Assembly: GCA_951406725.2 (NCBI GenBank) | Contig: OX597827.1 | Coordinates: 82,522,001 to 82,586,000 of the forward strand | Direction of reading: 5' to 3' | Origin: Octopus vulgaris | Taxonomy: Eukaryota | Length of the DNA stretch: 64,000 bases | Shown here: positions 28,613 to 42,306 of the stretch, one piece after another | Layout of the letters: each line of letters begins with the position of its first letter | How positions within the stretch are numbered: position 1 is the first letter of the stretch | The notes under the pieces: model-generated | Seen by the model: only the letters and a program-made list of their open reading frames with translations | Told to the model about the DNA's origin: nothing | Database searches by the model: none | Program-made: the position numbers and the translations under genes

Positions 28613-28913
28613 TATTAGAGGACAAATCGGAACCAAGGCAGAATGAGTACATCAAGTCCTTTAGAATAATTCAATTAGGGTAAGGTGAATTTGAAGTCTT
28701 ACAGCCATTTCTAATTAAGGGTTAGGTTAGTATGTCCATGCACTGGGTATTCCATCATCAGATGATGGAATTCCCAGTGCACGGACATGCTAACCAACCA
28801 CTTGGGTTATCCAAGAAACTGCTGTAAGACTTCAAATTCACCTTACCCTAATTGAATTATTCTAAAGGACTTGAGGTACTCATTCTGCCTTAGCTCCGAT
28901 TTTTCCTCTAATA
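28613..28913. repeat. ~300-bp fold-back inverted repeat with a hammerhead-like right arm
   Basis: Arms tattagagg...ttccatcatc / gatgatggaa...cctctaata, axis at 28760; right arm reads CAGATGA-tgga...tcca-a-GAAA-ctgctg-TA-aga. Confidence 0.85.
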
Positions 28914-28931
28914 CACACACACACACACACA

Positions 28932-28963
<32 letters not shown>

Positions 28964-29310
28964 TATGTATTTATTTATTTATTTGAGAATGGGTGTAATA
29001 TGTTTTAAGCTGGAACTGGTGAAAGTCTGTGATTCATATTTTAGTGAAGTTCAGCTTAAAATAAATTTTATTTTATTACTCTTCACCATAATTTGAGTTC
29101 TTTGAGCTTTTGAGAATAGTTTACACACTTGTGTGTTTCCATCATGCTTTTTTTCTTTCTCTCTCTCTCTCACACACACACACACGCTCAGTAAACTACA
29201 ATAGTAGAATAACCACAAAGAATAGAAGACACTTGTTTTATTGGTCTTTGTATGTACTGTGAATATGTAGTCTTTATCACACATTCATACTTACTGACAG
29301 ACATATCATA

Positions 29311-29368
<58 letters not shown>

Positions 29369-30176
29369 GTATATATATATATATATATAATTTATATTAT
29401 TTATGTACATATACATACATGTCCATAAATACATATACATGAATAAGAACAGACACACATACACACACATACACACATACAGATATAGATACAGCCAGCA
29501 TTGTAGGCAAAATCTCTCCCATGCATCTATTTGAGAAATATATACACACACATTCACACACAAATATATTCATACACATTTAATATATATACACACACAT
29601 TCAAATATATACACACACCCAAGTATATACTCACGCATTCAATATATACACACACACACAAATACATACACGCACATTCAATACATACACACACATTTAA
29701 ATATATACACACACACAAATATATACACATGCATTCAATATATACACACCCATTCAAATATATACACACGCATGCATGCACAAATAAATACACATTCAAT
29801 ATATATACAAACACATTCATGTACAAATATATACACACACATTCAAAGAAACATTGAGAAACATGTACTCTATTTTTTATACTCTTACACACTCACATCC
29901 GCATACTCATAGAGAGAGACACATGGAGTGACAAGCATACACTCATATACATTGCACAATCGCATACACATATGCACTCATTACACGCACACACACTCAC
30001 AAGCACACACACACACACACACACATTCGTACTTCTAAATGCCCATTACTGCTTGTATGTATCCTCAATATAAAAGACACCCGAATAGGAATTGAAAATA
30101 GTCACATTTATAGAGAGGGACATACGTATACAACATTGTGTGTGGTGTGTGTGGATGACTGTGTGGTTATGTGCAT

Positions 30177-30972
30177 GTGGATGTGTGTGTGGATGTGTGT
30201 GTAGATGTGTGTGTGTGTGGATGTGTGTGTAGATGTGTGTGTGGATGTGTGTGTAGATGTGTGTGTGTGGATGTGTGTGTAGATGTGTGTGTGTGGATGT
30301 GTGTGTAGATGTGTGTGTGTGGATGTGTGTGTAGATGTGTGTGTAGATGTGTGTGTAGATGTGTGTGTGGATGTGTGTGTGGATGTGTGTGTAGATGTGT
30401 GTGTGGATGTGTGTGTGGATGTGTGTGTGGATGTGTGTGTGGATGTGTGTGTGGATGTGTGTGTGTGGATGTGTGTGTAGATGTGTGTGTGGATGTGTGT
30501 GTGGATGTGTGTGTAGATGTGTGTGTGGATGTGTGTGTGGATGTGTGTGTGGATGTGTGTGTGGATGTGTGTGTGGATGTGTGTGTAGATGTGTGTGTGT
30601 GGATGTGTGTGTAGATGTGTGTGTGGATGTGTGTGTGGATGTGTGTGTAGATGTGTGTGTGGATGTGTGTGTGGATGTGTGTGTGGATGTGTGTGTGGAT
30701 GTGTGTGTGGATGTGTGTGTGGATGTGTGTGTGTGGATGTGTGTGTAGATGTGTGTGTGGATGTGTGTGTGGATGTGTGTGTGGATGTGTGTGTAGATGT
30801 GTGTGTGGATGTGTGTGTGGATGTGTGTGTGTGGATGTGTGTGTGGATGTGTGTGTGGATGTGTGTGTGGATGTGTGTGTAGATGTGTGTGTGGATGTGT
30901 GTGTGGATGTGTGTGTAGATGTGTGTGTGGATGTGTGTGTAGATGTGTGTGTGGATGTGTGTGTGTGTGTGT
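30177..30972. repeat. 12/14-bp tandem array (g/a)gatgtgtgtgt
   Basis: About 60 units; source of the HTH/STH pseudo-ORFs. Confidence 0.95.
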
Positions 30973-31058
30973 GCATAGTCACTGCTGCCCATCACAGACA
31001 TTCAAACTAACTCACAAAATCACAGTCACTGTCATACCTCTGATATACACATGTGTGT

Positions 31059-31091
<33 letters not shown>

Positions 31092-31250
31092 TGTAGGCAA
31101 AGATATACAGATGTACACACATTCATACACGCATGCAGACATGAACACACACGCGCACAAGCACATACACACACACGCACAAGCACATACACACACATGC
31201 TCACAGACATTCACACAGTTGTACACACACATGGGCACTCATGCACTGAA

Positions 31251-31286
<36 letters not shown>

Positions 31287-31539
31287 GCAAACACACACAC
31301 ACACACAAGCACACAAACACACACACACACACACAGATACACAGACTCATGCAGAAACTTAGTCTAGTTTGAACACAGGCCATGCGTGTGACAGTATCTA
31401 CCTGCAGTGTAACATAGAGAGAGAGAGAGAGAGAGAGAGAGTGGAAGCGAGACAGAAAGGCTGTAAGAGAGAGAGAGAGAGAGAGAGCGACATGAGAGAG
31501 CAGGAGAGAGGGAGAGAAAAGGGGGGGGAGAGAGAGCGA

Positions 31540-31816
31540 GGCAGCGTGTCTGCAGCGTCAGTCAGGTCTCAACTCTCCAGCAGGATACATGCGTTCAGTG
31601 ACAACAGCTCGTGCGGAAGAAGACGTATGCGGAGAGTGAGACGAAGGGAACCGGTTCGATACGGAAGAGGAGGAGGCTGGAGCTGCTCCCGTAGGATACA
31701 TGCGTACAGTGACACAGTCTGCAGTCACACCAACGGCACACGGGCACTTACACAGACCAGTATCATACATGTGCACAATTAACAACAACAACAGCAACAC
31801 ATGACAAGATGTACAG
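31540..31816 (+). other. CpG-rich unique segment, candidate first exon / 5' UTR ending ATGACAAGATGTACAG|gtaaac
   Basis: Many CpGs relative to surroundings, preceded by a GA-rich tract, donor-like gtaaac at 31817. Confidence 0.35.
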
Positions 31817-32483
31817 GTAAACATGGTTTTTGTCACTTTCACCCTTTCAAACTAAACACATGTAGCAGACTGGTGGAGGGCAGGGTTGGAGTGTCTCTTA
31901 TGTGTTGTCGTGGTGTGTTGTCATTGTGTGTTGTGGTTGTAGTTGTGGTGGTGGTGGTGGTGGTGGTGGTGGTGGTGGTGGGGTGTTGCAGTGTTGTGGA
32001 TTGTGGTAGTGGCATCAAGTTTACATCTCTGTCGGAACTTTATTTTTCCAAAATGATATCATCATCACCATCACCATCATCATTGTCGTCATTGCCGTCA
32101 TCATTAGCATCATCGTAGGTATGAAAACAGTTTCATAGGTATGAAAACATGATAGTAATAACAGTTGGTGCTATTGCTCTCATGCTGACCACCACCACCA
32201 CCACCACCTCCACCACAACCACCACCACCACCACCACCACCACCACCACCACCACCACCACCACCACCACCACCACCACCACCACCACCACCACCACCAC
32301 CACCACCACCACCACCACCACCACCACCACCACCATATAAATGATAATAATTTGCATATAGCAATAAAGTTTTGTATTTTAAACAAAAAATATTGTCTAC
32401 ATACGTATGTATTTATAAATTAATGTAATGAGTATATATATATATACTACATTATATGTGTGTGTGTATACACACATATATAA

Positions 32484-32572
<89 letters not shown>

Positions 32573-32803
32573 GTATGTATATGTATACACACACACACAC
32601 ACACTCACCTACATGTGTGTTTCTTCATGTAACAGTGTATACACATATACATGCACACATATATACACTGCCACATGTGTACATTAAAATGAATGTATAG
32701 ATACTCAGAGTGTGATATAGCTACATGTCTAAAAACATACTAAAACAGAAACTTCATGTATATATTTTCAAATGTATATGCATTTATTTATGCGTGTGTG
32801 CAC

Positions 32804-32859
<56 letters not shown>

Positions 32860-33175
32860 GTATAAATGTATGCATATATTTACAAAAATATCTACAGACA
32901 CATTCACACCCACATACATATCTATACATGTGTCCATTTAACTACCGATATATGTGTGTGTGTGTGTGCAAGTCTTTATGCATGTATATAGTTATGCATG
33001 TGTGTGCTTTTGTATGTGTGTGTACATATACACACACGCACACACACATATATACACACAGATACTGATATAATATCTGTCTATCTAGACATTCATTTAT
33101 TTCTCTCCCCCCTCTCTCTCTCTCTCTATCTATCAATCTATCTATCTACTTATATGTATTTATTTATATTTATGT

Positions 33176-33227
<52 letters not shown>

Positions 33228-33894
33228 GCACACACACACACACACACACACCAAGTCTTGGCTACCAACCTGCAGCAACAAACTCTACCTTCTCCACTTT
33301 ACAACAACACATTGACAAAATAAAGGAAAAATTTCTTCTTTTGATTGTCTTGGACAATAATTGATGGAAGCCAGAATTAATTCATCTAAAATCTTTGTAC
33401 GTCTAATTGTGTGAGATTGGTGGGTAACCTTGTGCCCCGTGTGTATGCGAGATGGAAGTGAACAGTTGGGGAGAAAGCAGGGATGCAGGTTCAAATCAGA
33501 TAAACGCTGTCCCTATTTATCATTACAGAACACATCCTACATTAAAACATACATTCATACATATATATATACATATCCATACATACTTACAAATATATCT
33601 AGATATATACATATATACACATATATATATGCGTGTGTGAGGACACACATACATATATGAATACATACATACATACATACATATATATCATCATTGTTTC
33701 AATGCCCACTTTTTCATGCTTGCATGGGTTAGACAGAATTCGTTGCTACAGCCTGATGCTCTTCCTGTCATTAACCTTCATTTGTTTCCAAGCAAGGCAA
33801 TATTTCCTCAGCCCAGACATGTTTTCACAGAAGATTGGAACTGAAGGACACTAACTGTATCATGGTGACACTCACGACTATCACCTCACACACA

Positions 33895-33933
<39 letters not shown>

Positions 33934-34138
33934 TAGGTTTGTATAACTGATACACTAAACATGCACAAAATGGAAGACTTGGATATTATTTGTTGTATAA
34001 AACTAATTTCTAATAACATCTTAAGAACATCACTTTCTGAAAATGGAGAAATTTCAGACTAAAAATTAACCAATTAACCCTTAGAATTAATTATTATATA
34101 TTTTCATATAATATATGTGTATGTGTATATATATACAT

Positions 34139-34173
<35 letters not shown>

Positions 34174-34176
34174 ATG

Positions 34177-34208
<32 letters not shown>

Positions 34209-34269
34209 TGTATGTATGTATGTATGTATGTATGTATGTATGTATGTATGTATGTATATATATACATAC

Positions 34270-34329
<60 letters not shown>

Positions 34330-34498
34330 GTATGTATAATGGAGAAATTGTACAAAATGTATAAACGGATGATGAGTAAAACACTGGCAGTTTTGATTAC
34401 CTCTTGTTATCCGTAGATTTATTGCAGGGACTTCATAGTGGCAGTTGGGGTAACAGTATTAAAAAAAAAGGAATGGAATGTGTAATAGACTTTATTGG

Positions 34499-34540
34499 GC
34501 ACAACACATGTTTCAACCTGTTCTGGGTCTCTTCAAGTAC
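34499..34540 (-). ncRNA. type I hammerhead motif (C3U)
   Basis: gtac-TTGAAGA-gacc cagaaca ggtt-GAAA-c atgt g-TT-gtgc. Confidence 0.6.
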
Positions 34541-34615
34541 ATCAATAAAAAAAGTCTCACAATTTCTTGAGTCCACTTACGTACCACTATATGTCCATCA
34601 AATTCAAGATATATA

Positions 34616-34649
<34 letters not shown>

Positions 34650-34909
34650 AATGGGTTTGTTGATACATTGATGATATGGTCACTGATGTTTTAGCAATGT
34701 GAATGTTTGTTGAGTCTCATGAGAGGAGTGAAGCTGATGAGACTTCGTTGAAACCAGGTGGCCAAGTTGTAAGAAGAGAAATAAAGCATTTTGCAAAATA
34801 CTCTCTGTTCAGTACTGAAATCTTAGTTGAGAATTAAGATACTAAGATAATTACCAGATCATCATCTCACACCTATTTATCTCTGTTTCCTTCCCTCTCT
34901 CTTTCTCTG

Positions 34910-34967
<58 letters not shown>

Positions 34968-34968
34968 T

Positions 34969-34999
<31 letters not shown>

Positions 35000-35096
35000 A
35001 TATATATAATATATATATATACACAAACATGTATAAGCAAATCTAAACCCATTATTCTAGGTATATAGATTCGTATATATACATGTGTTTGTGTGT

Positions 35097-35412
35097 GAAG
35101 GCATGTGGCTTCATGGCTTAGTGGTTAGTGTTGCACTCAGGAGTATTTGAATATGAGTTCAATTCCCAGACTAGCTGGTGTGTCCCCTTTTTGAGCAGAA
35201 CATTTTCATTTCCCATTGCTCCAGTCCACTCAGCTGTGAATGGGTGCACCCTGCAACAAACTGGTCCACTGATCAGGAGGAATGTTGCCATTCTTGGCTA
35301 GTCAACAGGCTGGCATCATTTGAAAGCTAAAATGATGCAAAAGTGCATTGTGACCAGTGATGTATAATAACATCTGATAGTCTGTTCGATCACATGATCA
35401 TATGATCATGTG
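35097..35412 (+). mobile_element. tRNA-derived SINE, family E (single copy here)
   Basis: tggcttagtggttag (A box) and gagttcaattccc (B box), central ccactcagctgtgaatggg, short tandem tail gatcacat. Confidence 0.6.
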
Positions 35413-35700
35413 GCATATATATATATAATTATACTTTTGCATCATTTTGTTATATAGTCTTCCTGGAAAAGTAAAATGTAAATATGTCCTCTAAAAAAGT
35501 ATTGAGCAAAAATTTCATTTTAATGTTAAATCGTTTTTCTGACATCATGACTTTAAAAACAAACATTAACATAAGTACACACACATACACACACATGTCC
35601 ATCACTGTTTCACTTAAGTATGTTGATACTAATAACCTGGTGTTAGAACTCAATACACACATGTTTCAGAAGAAAGCACATGTTGGGTCCAGAGCATAAT

Positions 35701-35888
35701 ACGAAATTAAATAAATGATAAGGGGACAGGAAATTATACAATGTACTGCATTGGCTTACAGCTGTTTCTGCTATAAGGTGATGCACAAACACTCAGTTGA
35801 GTGCATTGCATGTTATAGCAGAAACACATGTAAGCTACTGAAGTTCATTGCTTAATGTATTCTTCCCTTGTCATTTATTTAATTTCAT
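35701..35888. repeat. fold-back inverted repeat, ~76-bp arms
   Basis: gaaattaaataaatga...cttacagctgtttctgctataa / ttatagcagaaacacatgtaag...tcatttatttaatttc. Confidence 0.8.
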
Positions 35889-35956
35889 ATACATACATAC
35901 AAATATACATATACATACATACATACATACATACATACATACATACATACATACAT

Positions 35957-35998
<42 letters not shown>

Positions 35999-36335
35999 TG
36001 AAATACTCTCTAGAATTGAGATATGAGCACCAAAAAGTCACATTATAGGAAATCCAGGTAGGGTTACAACAAATTCTTTTAAGAACTGATATAAGGGTTA
36101 TGGAACCCTGTATCCCACTTCATATTTATCCTATTTGCAGTGGGAACAATCACACACACACACACACACACAGAGTTGGTGCTGTAAGACAACATAATTA
36201 TGACAACTTTGGAGTGTTTCCTGTTGGAATCGGTTTACGATGTCAGGAATTGTGATGAGGCACAATAGCTTGGAATAAAAGAACAAAGATGAGGAGGAGG
36301 ATGAGGATGATGACAACATATATTTGTGCGTGCGT

Positions 36336-36368
<33 letters not shown>

Positions 36369-36954
36369 TAGATAGATAGATAGATAGATAGATATGTAGA
36401 TGGTGAGATTCATTCTTCCCTTATATATATTCCACACAGGTATTGATCATAGCACCAGCTAACATCTAAGAAGTTGTAGAGCACTCTCAGTGAAGAAATG
36501 ATGTGATTACATGAATTAAGATGTGCCTCGTTAACTTCAGATGTGTCTAGATACGATGTGTGTGTGTGTGTGTATGTGTGTGTATGACTATACAAGATAT
36601 ACACATATATGTATGTATGCATGTGTGTGTGTGTGTGTGTGCGCGTGTGTGTGTGCGCGTGTGTGTGTGTGAGTGTCTCGCCATGAAAGTAAATAAGTTA
36701 TACTTCACTATTACTTTTAGTGTTTTTTTTTAATATCATATTGTTGTTGGAGGTGTGGGGTGGCAGAGGTTTGGGGTGGCAGAGGTGTGTTTGTGATGTT
36801 GTTCTTGTTCTTGCTGGGGTTTATGGTGGTTAGGTGATGGTGGCGGGATGGAAAGGTGGTGGTGGAGAAAGAAATCAGTTGATGGCAGGGAGAAAGAAAA
36901 ACAGAAAGACAGATGAAGAGAAAGTAAGAGAGATGGAGACAGATGGAGTGAGTA

Positions 36955-36986
<32 letters not shown>

Positions 36987-37644
36987 AGATTAAGTGAGTA
37001 GGGGAGAGAGAGAGGGAGTGAGTGTTTATAAATTGGCTCTCTTGGAATATATCTATATATATTGATCAGCTGCAATATAAATTCTGGCAGAATTATGGTG
37101 GTTTGCAGTGTATTCAGCGGGGACTTTGGTAAGAATCTCAAACATAATATAATAGTGGAGAACTAATAGTATTGGCACCAGTCCAAATTCTTGCTTAGAA
37201 CACTCAAGACATGGAAGCACAATGTTGAAGGTAGGGACACTTTTACTTTCTTTGGTAATGCCATCTCCTCCATCACAACACACTTTTATGACCATTATTT
37301 ACAGAAGAATTTCCAAGTGAAAACTGAAGACAAACCTATTTGTCTCAGTAAATATTATCAAAGAACATGAGGGAAAGAATTTCTCTCCATTCTCCTTCAT
37401 TGTTCGACAACTTTTATTTTGAGTTTTGGTTTGGGTTTGATATGGTGGGTTCTTGGTGGGCTGGGGGAGAAAACCCGTGATGGTGGTGTGGGTGTTGTAG
37501 GGGAAATTGAGGCAGATATCGTGTGTGTGTGTGCAAGTGTGTGTGTGTTTGTGTGTGTGTGTGTGTATGTATAGATATCTACATAGTACTTTTGAGGCAT
37601 ATCATGCGTTAGGGCTGTATGGTGTGTGTATATGTCTGCATATA

Positions 37645-37680
<36 letters not shown>

Positions 37681-37705
37681 GATATATATATATAGATATA
37701 TAGAT

Positions 37706-37766
<61 letters not shown>

Positions 37767-37821
37767 TAGATATAGATAGACAGATAGATAAATAGATAGA
37801 TAGATAGATAGACAGACAGTC

Positions 37822-37856
<35 letters not shown>

Positions 37857-38112
37857 TAGAAAGGTAGGTTGGTAGATAGATAGATATATATTTATATATG
37901 TATATGTAAATATATATATGTGTGTGTGTGTTTATATATATATATGTGTGTGTGTGTGCATATATATATATATATACGACCTCGAACACACAAGTGCAAA
38001 CAAGGGAGTCAGAGAAAGGCAGAATGCTACTTATATCTGAACACTACTACAGAAATATTCTTTTAAAAAAACTTTTCTTCTAATTTTTCAAAATTTAATT
38101 ATTTAATCGTTA

Positions 38113-38150
38113 CAGTTGAAAAGGTCTTAAAATGACCGAAACCGGTACTG
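38113..38150 (+). ncRNA. minimal hammerhead motif, U3-A8 variant
   Basis: cag-TTGAAAA-ggtc ttaaaat gacc-GAAA-ccgg-TA-ctg: all three stems pair. Confidence 0.65.
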
Positions 38151-38199
38151 AAAGATTCACTATAAAATCATCTTAGCATTTTCTATTTTTGACTTGTTT

Positions 38200-38237
<38 letters not shown>

Positions 38238-38479
38238 ATTGTATGATATGTGTTTATATTTACCTGGAATTGTAGGTAATCTTGTACCTAATATATATGC
38301 AGCGTTGAAGAGTGGTGTGTGTTAAAGTAAGAGATAAAGCCTGGAAATTGAGGGTCTGTAGGGTGGCATGGAGAGAAGGGGTCCTTCCCTGGTTCCTCAT
38401 CACAACTGACTGACTGAAATATTCTTGCTGGTAAGACTTTGGAATTTTGTCTGAAGTTTATGGATGGAATTGTGTGTGT

Positions 38480-38524
<45 letters not shown>

Positions 38525-38804
38525 TATTTATTCGTATTTATGTGATTACATGCCCAGTGTGGATGTGTGAGTATGTGTGTATAAGCGACTTTCTATGTGT
38601 GTATATAAATATGTGAATACATATTCAATTCTGTAAGTCACACATAACACTCTATACATATATATATATATTCCAATCTATTTATCTATTTATCTTATCT
38701 ATCTATATATATGTATATAGTTCTGTGTTTGTGTGTATATATATACATATATATATATCATATTACCAGTGTATATATATATATATATCTATATATCTAT
38801 ATCT

Positions 38805-38857
<53 letters not shown>

Positions 38858-39139
38858 TAAGTATATCCACATATATATACATACATACATGCATACACAC
38901 ACATATATAAACATGTGTGCGCAAATATATTAACTTCACTCTGTTGGTCACGAATGACCATGAGTGCATTAAGAGTTTCTCCTCCAGGGTACAAGTCTGG
39001 GTGGAAAGTCGTCTCACCAGCATTGTATGTATGTGTGTGTGTGTGTGTATGCATATGTATATATATGTATATCTATATATAATATATATGTGTGTGTGTG
39101 TGTGTGTATGCATATGTATATGTGTGTATATATATATAT

Positions 39140-39182
<43 letters not shown>

Positions 39183-39184
<2 letters not shown>

Positions 39185-39518
39185 TGCAGGAGTGGCTGTG
39201 TGGTAAGGTTTGGTCAGCCTCGGGCTGACCAAAGCTTTGTGAGTGGATTTGGTAGGTGGAAACTGAAAGAAGACCGTCGTATATATGTATATATATATAT
39301 GTATGTGTGTGTATATGTTTGTGTGTCTGTTTGTCCCCCCAACATCGCTTGACAACTGATGCTGGTGTGTTTGTGTCCCCGTAACTTAGCAGTTCGGCAA
39401 AAGAACCAATAGAATGAGTACTAGGCTTCCAAAGAATAAGTCCTAGGGTCAATTTATTTGACTCCAGCATGGCTGCAGTCAAATGACTGAAACAAGTAAA
39501 AGAGTAAAAGAGAGTAAA
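39183..39518 (+). mobile_element. SINE family A (internal deletions)
   Basis: High similarity to 26824-27233. Confidence 0.88.
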
Positions 39519-39533
39519 GAACATATATATGTA

Positions 39534-39575
<42 letters not shown>

Positions 39576-39590
39576 TACATATACATATGC

Positions 39591-39640
<50 letters not shown>

Positions 39641-40045
39641 TACAGATATGCATATACATATGCATACATATTTATATATGTGTGTATGCATGTATGCATG
39701 ATTGCTTATGCGTGCATGTAAGTTTGTGATTGTGTATATGTGCATGCGTACATGTGACCAATTCACAGGCACATACCGATGTACTGATGGTTATAAAGAA
39801 TTTTGTTTTATCACATTTTCTTTTTCTCTTCTTCTAATATTCCTGCTCCTGTGGTGGTTTCAGGCTTTCGGGGCTAATGAAATAAAATGGAGCACTGGGG
39901 TTGATGTCACTCACTTATCCCCTCCCATGCAAATTGCTGGCTTTGTGTCAGAATGGGAAACCAGGATTCCTGATCTTAGATGCAACTGCCTCTTTCTTTA
40001 TCTGCACACACACACACACACACACACAAAAATAGATAGTTAATT

Positions 40046-40086
<41 letters not shown>

Positions 40087-40142
40087 TAGACAGACAGACA
40101 GACGTACGGACAGACAGACAGACGTATGGACAGACAGACAGT

Positions 40143-40174
<32 letters not shown>

Positions 40175-40203
40175 TAAATATATAGATAGACAGACAGACA
40201 GAG

Positions 40204-40286
<83 letters not shown>

Positions 40287-40607
40287 GATAAATGGATAGA
40301 TAGACAGATTTATGTTGTTTAAAATTCCATGTCCCAGACATCAGTTGAAGAACTCTGAGTAGCCACAAAGAGTGACATGAGTACTATAATTGCTTTTTAC
40401 ACTCTACTGTTATAAGGGCTGCTTTTGGTCCTCATCTTTAAAGCTGAACTGGAATACATGTGTTTGTGGGTATACATATATGCATATAGGTGTGTGTAGG
40501 CTGCCAGATATATATGTACTTATGTATATACTTATATATATGAATATATGTCTACTATGTATATATATATATATGCTGCTGTGTGTGTGTGTGTATCTAT
40601 CTATCTA

Positions 40608-40655
<48 letters not shown>

Positions 40656-40867
40656 TGACTGTAATTCATTGAAACATCATACAGGATCACTGTGTGGGGA
40701 AATAATGTAAACAAATCCTTATGACCCCCACCGTGAAAGTTTGGTAAGGCTTTAATTAATTGTTCTTCATTTGAGTTGAGCTGTATTCTGCATAATGTGT
40801 GTGCTTACATCTATATGTATAATATATTTATTATATTTATTTCCTCTCCCTGTATATTTCTGTGTTT

Positions 40868-40903
40868 CTTTCTGTGGAAGAGCATAGGCTCGAAATGTTA
40901 AAG
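40868..40903 (+). ncRNA. minimal hammerhead-like motif, A6U variant
   Basis: cttt-CTGTGGA-a-gagc atag gctc-GAAA-tg-TT-aaag; same family as 63727 and 63959. Confidence 0.5.
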
Positions 40904-41069
40904 ACTTTTTCACTTCCCGAGCGTTAAACTAATACGTCTGTTTGTTGTCTACACCACCTGTCTTTGTCTTTGGGGGGTTTTTTTGTGAATTCTCCCTATA
41001 TATATATATAGGGAGATGTACTCGCATAGCAAGTGATTTGATCTGAGATCGTGTGCTGAAACGAAAACA

Positions 41070-41232
41070 ATTGCAGCGTGGAAGGTGTTTGTAAGCCATT
41101 TAAGAAACACACAAAAGCCGTTCGATTCACTTCAACATTTAAGTTTAATTTGTCAAATTAAACTTAAATGTTGAAGTGAATCGAATGGCTTTTGTGTGTT
41201 TCTTAAATGGCTTACAAACACCTTCCACGCTG

Positions 41233-41236
<4 letters not shown>
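41070..41236. repeat. near-perfect hairpin, 82-bp arms, 3-nt loop
   Basis: Arms 41070-41151 and 41155-41236 differ at one position; loop gtc. Confidence 0.95.
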
Positions 41237-41302
<66 letters not shown>

Positions 41303-41366
41303 TATGTGAAATAGAAAGATGAATAATCTTGTAGTAGATTAATCAAAAGTTTAACCGATACCTTAG

Positions 41367-41448
41367 TATCCTGAAGAGAAAGACACAATATGGTCCCATT
41401 ATTCCATCGGATTTTGGTAATTTGTGCCTTTCGAAACACGTGTAGAAT
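41367..41448 (+). ncRNA. type I hammerhead ribozyme motif
   Basis: tc-CTGAAGA-gaaag..cacaa...ttgtg..ctttc-GAAA-c acgt g-TA-ga. Confidence 0.65.
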
Positions 41449-41517
41449 GAAATAAAACGATTTCTGTTCAATCTGCGTTCAGCTCCATTTCTTCAATTCA
41501 TATAAATATATATATAC

Positions 41518-41567
<50 letters not shown>

Positions 41568-41637
41568 ATATATATATATGTTATATATATATGTATATAT
41601 ATATGTATATATATATATGTATATATATATGTATATA

Positions 41638-41727
<90 letters not shown>

Positions 41728-41836
41728 CACATATATATATATATATATACGTGCATGTATGTGTGTATATATATGTATATATATGATATGTGTGTATATA
41801 TATGTATATATATCAAGATATAGTTGCAGTTGAGGA

Positions 41837-42010
41837 ATTATGTACATTGTTTACATTATTTATATCTGATGGATATTTGTCCTCATCTTGTTTGTTGTAA
41901 ACACAATGTTTCTTGCTGATATACCCTCCAGCCTTCATCAGGTGTCTTGCAGAAATTTTGAACCTGAGTTCTGATTCCTACGGTGTTTTTCGATGTTGTT
42001 GTTGTTGTTG

Positions 42011-42079
<69 letters not shown>

Positions 42080-42306
42080 TCACTGCCTGGAATTGAACTC
42101 AGAGTTCAGTGACCTGAATAATAGTAATAATGATAATAATAATAATAACATTGAAAAATACCTTAGGAATGAGAACCCAGGTTTGAAATTTCCCCAAGAC
42201 ACCTGATGAAGGCTGGAGGGTATATCAGCCAAAAGGTTATGTCAACAACAAACAAGATGAGGACAAATATCCGTCAAATGTAAATAATGTAAATAATGTG
42301 CATAAT
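41837..42306. repeat. ~470-bp inverted repeat with a hammerhead in each arm (41901-41945 minus, 42199-42243 plus)
   Basis: acac-CTGATGA-aggctg gagggtatat cagc..-GAAA..T-T-gtgt in divergent orientation; each copy carries different core or stem mutations. Confidence 0.85.

Noticed and set aside
30108-31001. 297-aa His/Thr-rich ORF
   Set aside because: Stop-free reading of a 12-bp tandem repeat
34731-34763. CTGATGA-gac ttc gtt-GAAA-ccagg-TG motif
   Set aside because: G at the cleavage position and no stem I
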